Origin: Polyangiaceae bacterium
Lineage (GTDB): Bacteria; Myxococcota_A; Polyangia; Polyangiales; Polyangiaceae
Reading direction: 5' to 3'
Length of the DNA stretch: 21,551 nt
Assembly (NCBI GenBank): GCA_035063585.1
Contig: JAPSGB010000060.1
Coordinates: forward strand, 1 to 21,551
The number at the start of each line of letters is the position of its first letter. The stretch's first letter is position 1. Below are positions 15,706-21,551 of this stretch, one piece after another. The notes under the pieces are model-generated. The model made no database searches. It was not told the origin of the DNA and saw nothing but the letters and a program-made list of their open reading frames with translations. The position numbers were made by a program, and so were the translations under genes.

Positions 15706-16221
15706 TCAGAGCTCGGCCTTCGCGGTGAGCGCGCGGCTCCGGCACTCGAAGTGGTCGAAGCCCAGGAACTTCGCGCGCGCCCCCGCGTCGCTCGCGACGA
15801 AGTCCTTCACGAAGAACCCGCTGCAGAGCTCGCCCGTCACCCGGAGCAGGGTGCCCTGCTGCTCCGCGGCCCGGACGCTGTCCGGCTGCTTGCCGCGGCT
15901 CTCGAGCAGCGCGCGGTACTGCTCGGCGAACGCCGGGCGCGCGACCACGCGATAGGCGGCGCGCTCGGCGTCGGTGCCGGCCTCGTAGAGCGCGTCGGTA
16001 ACCCCCGGCTCACACGCCGGGCCCACGTAGCAAGCGTGCTTGGCGGCCTCGAGGCGGTCGGCGGGGGTCATCTTCGCGAAGCGCGCCGCGGCCTCGGCGC
16101 GGCGCGCGGCGCTCGCCGCCGCGGACGCCGAGGCCGCCGCCCCCTCCGCCGCGCCGGCGCGCTCGCAGCCGGCGGTCGAGCTCGAGAGGGCGATGAAGAG
16201 GAGGAGCCGCGCGGACTTCAT
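15706..16221 (-). CDS. hypothetical lipoprotein
   Basis: MKSARLLLFIALSSSTAGC signal with lipobox, Ala-rich linker, four further Cys. TAGCGT 9 nt upstream of the ATG. Confidence 0.75.
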   Translation of the reverse strand: MKSARLLLFIALSSSTAGCERAGAAEGAAASASAAASAARRAEAAARFAKMTPADRLEAAKHACYVGPACEPGVTDALYEAGTDAERAAYRVVARPAFAEQYRALLESRGKQPDSVRAAEQQGTLLRVTGELCSGFFVKDFVASDAGARAKFLGFDHFECRSRALTAKAEL

Positions 16222-16345
16222 CGAGCCGGGACGCTACCACGCGCGCGCGGAGGCCGGAGCCGCGACCGGACCGCGCGAACGCTCGAGCCGCGAGGGGCGC
16301 TTCCTGCCGGTCCGGCGCGGGACCGCGCGCTATGCTCCGGCGGTC

Positions 16346-17296
16346 ATGGGCGAGCGCTTCTCCAACCTCGATGGCTCCGGACCGCACGCGCTCGGCAGCA
16401 TCCTCAAGTGGGCCGTCATCGACCGGCTCGCCGGGCGGCGGCGGCGCGCGCCCGCCCGCGCGCCCGTACCGAGCGTGGCGGTCGACCACGCGGCGCTCGC
16501 GACGCCGCCGGGCCCGGGCGAGCCGGCGCGGCTCACCTGGCTCGGCCACGCGAGCTGGCTCATCCAGGCCGAGGGAGTGAGCGTGCTCGTCGACCCCGTG
16601 CTGCGCCCGCGTATCGCCGCCGGGCTCCGGCGAAACGCGCCGCTCGTCCTCGGCCCGAGCGACCTCCCGCGCATCGACGCGCAGCTCGTGACCCACAGCC
16701 ACTTCGATCACCTCGACGCGCCGACGCTCCGCGCGGTGGGCGCGCCGGTCATCGCGGGGCGCGGGCTCGCCGGCCTCATCGGCAAGCTCGGGCTCGAGTG
16801 CCGCGAGCTCGCGTGGTGGGAGGCCGCACGGGTCGGCGGGCTCGCGGTGCACTTCGTGCCGGCGCAGCACTGGAGCCGGCGCGGCCTCAGCGACACGAAC
16901 GCGACGCTCTGGGGCGGCTACGTCATCGATGGTCCGGGCGCGCGCCTCTACCACGCCGGGGACACCGCCTACTTCGACGGCTTCCGCGCCATCGGCGAGC
17001 GCTTCCCGGGCATCGACGCGGCGATGCTGCCGATCGGCGCTTATGAGCCCGGCTGGTTCATGCGAAAGCAACACATGAACCCGGAGGACGCGGTGCAGGC
17101 CTTCCGTGACCTCGGCGCGGGCCGCTTCCTCGCGATGCACTGGGGCACCTTCAAGCTCACCGACGAGCCGCTGCTCGAGCCTCCGGAGCGGCTCGAGGCC
17201 GAGTGGGCGCGGCTCGGGCTCCCGAGCCGAGAGAAGCGCTGGCTGGCCGTCGGCGAGACCACGCGGGTCGGGCGCGCACGCCGCGGGCCGCCATGA
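16346..17296 (+). CDS. MBL-fold metallo-hydrolase (NAPE-PLD/RomA-like)
   Basis: TWLGHAS, THSHFDHLD, PAQHWSRR, LWGGY, YHAGDTAY, LPIGAYEP.WFM..QHMNP, MHWGTF.LTDE. ATG 16346 with TATGCT 9 nt upstream. Confidence 0.93.
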   Translation: MGERFSNLDGSGPHALGSILKWAVIDRLAGRRRRAPARAPVPSVAVDHAALATPPGPGEPARLTWLGHASWLIQAEGVSVLVDPVLRPRIAAGLRRNAPLVLGPSDLPRIDAQLVTHSHFDHLDAPTLRAVGAPVIAGRGLAGLIGKLGLECRELAWWEAARVGGLAVHFVPAQHWSRRGLSDTNATLWGGYVIDGPGARLYHAGDTAYFDGFRAIGERFPGIDAAMLPIGAYEPGWFMRKQHMNPEDAVQAFRDLGAGRFLAMHWGTFKLTDEPLLEPPERLEAEWARLGLPSREKRWLAVGETTRVGRARRGPP

Positions 17297-17330
17297 TAGG
17301 CTGCCCGCGTAGCCTCCTTCGACGACCACC

Positions 17331-17999
17331 ATGAACGGCACTTCTCCGTGGATGACCCGCTCCGCCTGGCTCTTGCTCCTCGTCGCCGCGGCGAGCTGTA
17401 GGCGGCATCCGCCCGCCGCCGCGCCGGCCCCCGCGCCCCCGCCCGCGACCGTGGCGGCGGAGCCCGAGCCCGCCCCGCCTCCGCCGCCGACCTGCGAGTC
17501 CCCGGCCGACGCGTGCACCGCGGACGCCGACACCGAGTGCCTGCTCGATGAAGCCGGCGCGTGGTTCAAGCCGCCGGTCGGCTGGCGCTACGTCAGGAAG
17601 TCTCCCGGCGCGGTGACCCGCGCGACGGACGAGCTCTCCGTGCTCGCCTTCACGCTGGCGTCCAGCAAGGAGCCGAAGGCGATCCTCGCAGCGCTCGAGC
17701 CGCTGTTCACCGAGCTCGGCATCACCAAGCTCGACTCGAAGAAGCTCTCGTCGCGGCTGAAGAAGCCGCAGAGCACGCTCGAGGCCGGCGGCGCGAGCGC
17801 GGAGATCTGGGAAGTGAACCCAAAGCAACAGCGCGGAGCGCCCGAGCTCGGCGGCAAGCCGGGCGCGCTGCTCGTGGTGGTGCTCCCGCTCGCCCCGGAG
17901 CGCGTGATCGTCGGCGCGGGGTTCGTCGTCACGCCGGAGGCCGACGACCGCGTCGGCGCGATGATGCACGCGGTCGAGAGCCTCCGGGGCTCGAAGTGA
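17331..17999 (+). CDS. hypothetical lipoprotein with Pro-rich linker
   Basis: Signal (M)TRSAWLLLLVAAASC (start 17331 or 17352), Pro-rich tether, three clustered Cys, globular C-terminus. Stop overlaps the next gene's start (GTGA). Confidence 0.75.
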   Translation: MNGTSPWMTRSAWLLLLVAAASCRRHPPAAAPAPAPPPATVAAEPEPAPPPPPTCESPADACTADADTECLLDEAGAWFKPPVGWRYVRKSPGAVTRATDELSVLAFTLASSKEPKAILAALEPLFTELGITKLDSKKLSSRLKKPQSTLEAGGASAEIWEVNPKQQRGAPELGGKPGALLVVVLPLAPERVIVGAGFVVTPEADDRVGAMMHAVESLRGSK

Positions 18000-19870
18000 C
18001 GACCCTGCAGCCGGGCAACGTCGTCGGCGGCCGCTGGCGCATCGCGAGCGCCGTGCCCTCGAGCACCGGCCGCGAACTCTACCTCGCGGTCGACGCGACC
18101 AGCGGCGGCGAGGTCACGCTCGAGCTCCACCCCGCCGACGCGCTCGCGAACCCGGCGGCGTGGGCCGAGTACCAGCGTCAAGCGCAGGCCATCGCCGCGC
18201 TGCCCCTCGAGGCCATCGCGAGGCTCTATGACGCGAACGTCGAGCCCGCGCTCGCCCGCGCGTACACGGTCGGCGAGCGGATCGGCTGGCCGTCGCTCGC
18301 CAGCCGCGTGGCGAGCGCGCCGCTCCCTCCGCTCGTCGCCTACGCCACGCTGGAGGCGGTGGGGCACGCGCTCGAGGCGGCGAACGCCGCGGGCTTCGTC
18401 CACCGCGAGCTCGACGCGAGCCAGGTGTTCGTCGATCCGGACAACCCGGCGCGGGTGCGCGTGACGGGGTTCGCAGCCTGGGTGCTCCACGCGGCCGCGC
18501 CACCGGCCTCGGGCTGGATCGGGTCGCCCGGCTGGGTCGCGCCCGAGGGCGTGTCGCCAGGCGCCGCGGTCGCGCGAACGATGGACGTCTACTCGCTCGC
18601 GGCGCTCGCGTTCTACGCGCTCACCGGGCAGCTCCCGTTCCGCGCGCTGCGCGCGCCGTCGCCCGAGCCGGGAGCGCTCTGGGCGGAGCTCACCTCGCCC
18701 TTCGGACAGGCCTCGCAGCGCGCCGGCGAGCTCGGGCGCGGGCTCGCCCCCTCGCTCGATCCGTGGTTCGCGCGCGCCCTCGCCCCAGAGCCCCACGCGC
18801 GCTTCCCGAGCGTCGCCGAGGCGCTCACGGCGCTCGGCGACGCCATGTCGCCGGGCGCGCCGGCGCAGCCCGGCCTGAAGCGGACGCTCCTCTTCGGCGT
18901 GGACGGCGGCCTGGCGCCCGCCGCGCCGCCGCCCATCGCGCCGGCGCCCGCCGCGCCGCCGCCCATCGCGCCGCCGCCCGTCGCGCCGCCGCCCATCGCG
19001 CTCCCCGCGCCCCCGCCGCCCGCTCCCGAGCGCCTGCCACCGGCCGGTGGCGCGGCGCCGATCGCGCTCGCGAGCGTGCAGCCGCTGGCGCACATGGAGC
19101 GAATGCCGGGCGCGGCCGAGCCGCGCCGCGCGCTCGGCGGGACCCAAATCCTCGAGCCGGGCGAGGCCGCCGCGACGCGCGCGGCCTTCTCGGCGGCTCA
19201 GGCGCCCCCAGGCGCGCCGGTGGCCATGGCCGGAGGTCCGGCGATGCCGCTCGCCGCCTTCGCGCCCGCAGTCGACAGCGAGCCCGTCGAGCTCCCGAAG
19301 TCGCGCGCGCCGGTCGCGCTCATCGCGATCGGGGCGTTGGCGCTCCTCGGCGGCGCCGCCGTGGCCGCCTGGTTGCTGCTCTTCCGAGGCCCGAGCGAGG
19401 ACGCCCGCGCGACGAGCCCGAGCGCCGCCGCCTCGAGTCCGGGCGCGCCCGCGCCGGCCGCGAGTGGCACGCCCTCGGGCACCGCGGCGAGCGCGGCGAG
19501 CGCCGAGACCGCGCCGGGCCCAGCGCCCGCCGCGAGCGGCGAGCTGGCCGCGAACACGCCGGGGGCGGCCGAGAAGCCCACCGTCACCTTCCGCTGCACG
19601 CCGAGCTGCGAGTGGATCGAGTGCGAGAAGCAGAAGATCGCGCCGGACACGCCCGTGGCGCTCAGCCCCGGGAAGCACGAGTGCACCGCGGGCGCGCGCG
19701 GGTTCGTCCCGGTCGAGGACACCTTCACCCTCGCCGAGGGCGACCGGCTCACCCGCGACCTCACGCTCGAGCGGCTCCCCGCCAAGCCCACCGCCAAGCC
19801 CATCGCCAAGCCCACCGCGAAGCCGACCGCCAAGCCCCCCTGCGGGACCTTCATCAACCCCTGCAAGTGA
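17996..19870 (+). CDS. membrane-anchored Ser/Thr kinase-like protein (probable pseudokinase) with PEGA-like C-terminal domain
   Basis: GTG 17996. Kinase scaffold GGRWRI, GFVHRELDASQVFV, GSPGWVAPE, DVYSLAALAFYALTGQLPF; Pro/Ala linker; TM ALIAIGALALLGGAAVAAWLLLF; Cys-containing beta domain LSPGKHECTA..GF. Confidence 0.85.
   Translation: MTTLQPGNVVGGRWRIASAVPSSTGRELYLAVDATSGGEVTLELHPADALANPAAWAEYQRQAQAIAALPLEAIARLYDANVEPALARAYTVGERIGWPSLASRVASAPLPPLVAYATLEAVGHALEAANAAGFVHRELDASQVFVDPDNPARVRVTGFAAWVLHAAAPPASGWIGSPGWVAPEGVSPGAAVARTMDVYSLAALAFYALTGQLPFRALRAPSPEPGALWAELTSPFGQASQRAGELGRGLAPSLDPWFARALAPEPHARFPSVAEALTALGDAMSPGAPAQPGLKRTLLFGVDGGLAPAAPPPIAPAPAAPPPIAPPPVAPPPIALPAPPPPAPERLPPAGGAAPIALASVQPLAHMERMPGAAEPRRALGGTQILEPGEAAATRAAFSAAQAPPGAPVAMAGGPAMPLAAFAPAVDSEPVELPKSRAPVALIAIGALALLGGAAVAAWLLLFRGPSEDARATSPSAAASSPGAPAPAASGTPSGTAASAASAETAPGPAPAASGELAANTPGAAEKPTVTFRCTPSCEWIECEKQKIAPDTPVALSPGKHECTAGARGFVPVEDTFTLAEGDRLTRDLTLERLPAKPTAKPIAKPTAKPTAKPPCGTFINPCK
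18911..19000 (+). repeat. 30-bp tandem repeat x3, coding (APAAPPPIAP-like)
   Basis: Three near-identical units ending GCCGCCGCCCATCGCG with exact 30-nt period. Confidence 0.85.
19781..19840 (+). repeat. 12-bp tandem repeat x5, coding (AKPT)
   Basis: GCCAAGCCCACC / GCCAAGCCCATC / GCCAAGCCCACC / GCGAAGCCGACC / GCCAAGCCCCCC. Confidence 0.85.
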
Positions 19871-19935
19871 CGCCCCCCCACCGGGGCATCGCGGGAAATT
19901 CGCGGTAATTTCAGCCACGCGCTATCTGCTCCGGG

Positions 19936-21551
19936 GTGACCGAGGCGACCGCGGGCGAGGCCGAGCGAAGGCGCATCGCGGGGCGCGCGGGCGTCACCGC
20001 GGCGGGCACGCTGGTGAGTCGGGTACTCGGTCTCGGGCGGGAGCAGGTCCTCGCCGGGATGTTCACGCGGGGCGAGACGGACGCCTTCTTCGTCGCGTTC
20101 GTGATCCCGAACGTGCTGCGCCAACTGCTCGCCGAGGGCGCGGTGCAGAGCGCGGTCCTGCCGGTCCTCGCGCAGACCCGCGAGGCGGAGGGCGAGGACG
20201 CGGCGCGGCGCTTCTTCCGCGCGGTGCGCGGCCTGTCGCTCGCGATCCTCGCGGTGGTCACCGTCGCCGGGGTGCTCGCCGCGCCGTGGCTGGTGGAGCT
20301 GTTCGCCGCGGGATACCGCGCCGACCCGAACCAATTCGAGCGCACCGTCACCCTCACCCGCTGGGTGTTCCCGTACATCTTCTTCATGGGCACCGCCGCG
20401 CTCGGCGTCGCCGCGCTGAACACCCACCAGCGCTTCGTGGTCACCGCCTTCGCGCCGGGACTCCTCAACGTCGGCTTCATCGTGTTCGCGCTGCTCCTGC
20501 CCGGCTGGCTCGGCGCGCGCGGCATCGAGCGAGTCCTCGCGATGGCGGCGGGCGCGCTGGTCGGCGGCGCGCTGCAGGTCGTGGCGCAGTGGCCGAGCCT
20601 CAGGCGTATCGGTTACCTCGAGCGCCCGACGCTCGACCTCCGTCACCCGGGCGTGCGCGAGGCGCTGCGGCGGATGGGTCCCGTGCTCATCGGCATCGGC
20701 ATCTACTACGTCGACGTCGTGCTCGCGCGGCGCTTCCTCTCGGAGCTCCCCGAGGGCTCACAGAGCTACTTCGGTTTCGCGCTCCGGCTCTGCGACTTCC
20801 CTCAGGGAATCTTCGTGATGGCGCTCCAGGCGGCCACCCTGCCGAGCCTCGCGCTGCTCGCCGCGCGCGGCGAGCTCGACGAGGTGGCACGCACCTTCTC
20901 GTTCGGGATGCGGCTCGCGCTGTTCGTCGGGCTCGCCGCCACCGCGCTGTTCGTCGCGCTCGCCGAGCCCATCGTGGTGGCGGTCTTCGTGCGCGGCGAG
21001 TTCGACGCGCGCGCCGCCCACCAGACGGCGCTCGCGCTCATGGCGCAAGGCGTCGGCATCTGGACGGTCGCCGCGGTCCGCCAGCTTGTCGGCGTCTACT
21101 ATGCGCTCGGCGACACGCGCACGCCGGTCATCGTGAGCGGGCTCGATCTCGTCGTGTTCATCTCCCTCGCCCTCGCGCTTCGCGGGCCGTTCGGCCACGT
21201 CGGGGTGAGCCTCGCGGTCGCCGGCTCGAGCGCGACGCAGATGCTCCTGCTCTGGGTGCTCCTGCGCCGCCGGCTGCCCGACACTCGCTTCGGTGAAATC
21301 GCGGGGAGCGTCGCCCGCACCGCGCTCGCCCTCGCCCCGGCCACGCTCACCGCCGTCCTGGTCGCGCGCGCGCTCGCGCCCCTGCTCTCGGGCGGCGGAC
21401 TCGCGCGGCTCGCGCCCGGGGCGGCCGCCGGAGCGGCGTTCGTCGCGGTGTTCCTCCTCGCGGCGCGGCTGGTCCGGAGCGAGGAGCTCGCCACCATCAC
21501 CGGCGCGCTCGCGCGCCGCCGCCGCCGCGCGAGCGAGCCAGCCGCCCGGGC
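19936..21551 (+). CDS. murJ: lipid II flippase MurJ (MviN), 3' end runs off the window
   Basis: Translated by hand from GTG 19936: ...GTLVSRVLGLGREQVLA...TDAFFVAFVIPNVLRQLLAEGA..., later FALRLCDFPQGIF and YYALGDTRTPV. No stop before the window end, which probably explains its absence from the ORF track. Confidence 0.96.
   Translation, partial: MTEATAGEAERRRIAGRAGVTAAGTLVSRVLGLGREQVLAGMFTRGETDAFFVAFVIPNVLRQLLAEGAVQSAVLPVLAQTREAEGEDAARRFFRAVRGLSLAILAVVTVAGVLAAPWLVELFAAGYRADPNQFERTVTLTRWVFPYIFFMGTAALGVAALNTHQRFVVTAFAPGLLNVGFIVFALLLPGWLGARGIERVLAMAAGALVGGALQVVAQWPSLRRIGYLERPTLDLRHPGVREALRRMGPVLIGIGIYYVDVVLARRFLSELPEGSQSYFGFALRLCDFPQGIFVMALQAATLPSLALLAARGELDEVARTFSFGMRLALFVGLAATALFVALAEPIVVAVFVRGEFDARAAHQTALALMAQGVGIWTVAAVRQLVGVYYALGDTRTPVIVSGLDLVVFISLALALRGPFGHVGVSLAVAGSSATQMLLLWVLLRRRLPDTRFGEIAGSVARTALALAPATLTAVLVARALAPLLSGGGLARLAPGAAAGAAFVAVFLLAARLVRSEELATITGALARRRRRASEPAAR

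Noticed and set aside
17561..17995. N-terminal extension of the kinase-like ORF
   Set aside because: Shadow frame of the lipoprotein gene; GTGA coupling marks the start at 17996.
18911..19840. Short tandem repeats as a possible CRISPR array or non-coding repeat system
   Set aside because: Units are contiguous with no spacers, are multiples of 3 and encode Pro-rich linkers inside one CDS.

Overview
Very GC-rich bacterial chromosome window whose gene content looks myxobacterial (Polyangiaceae/Sorangium-like; inferred from a Tgl-like pilotin, a PP2C-cNMP phosphatase, a Pro-rich membrane kinase-like protein and a lipoprotein serpin). Left part: tgl-like TPR lipoprotein, Crp/Fnr regulator, tsaB, PP2C-cNMP phosphatase, tRNA-Pro(GGG), a hypothetical gene, serpin, tesB and a Zn-alcohol dehydrogenase. 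The most interesting part is a module at 8106-13855. It centres on a sigma54 enhancer-binding protein with a FisR-like C-x10-C-x6-C PAS sensor. Two near-consensus sigma54 promoters and a pair of candidate enhancer palindromes are visible. One promoter faces a divergent HesB-like/rhodanese gene lacking the expected cysteines. The other precedes a tightly coupled five-gene operon: a 12-TM heme-copper-oxidase/NnrS-like membrane protein, DUF59, DUF1858-DUF2249-DUF2249, DUF2249 and a TIM-barrel-DUF2249 fusion. Right part: phytoene-desaturase-family oxidoreductase, a 58-aa zinc-ribbon protein missed by the ORF track, two lipoproteins, an MBL-fold hydrolase, a membrane pseudokinase and murJ (runs off the window end). 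No CRISPR array, integrase or transposase was seen. Family assignments come from motif recognition by eye, not from database searches.
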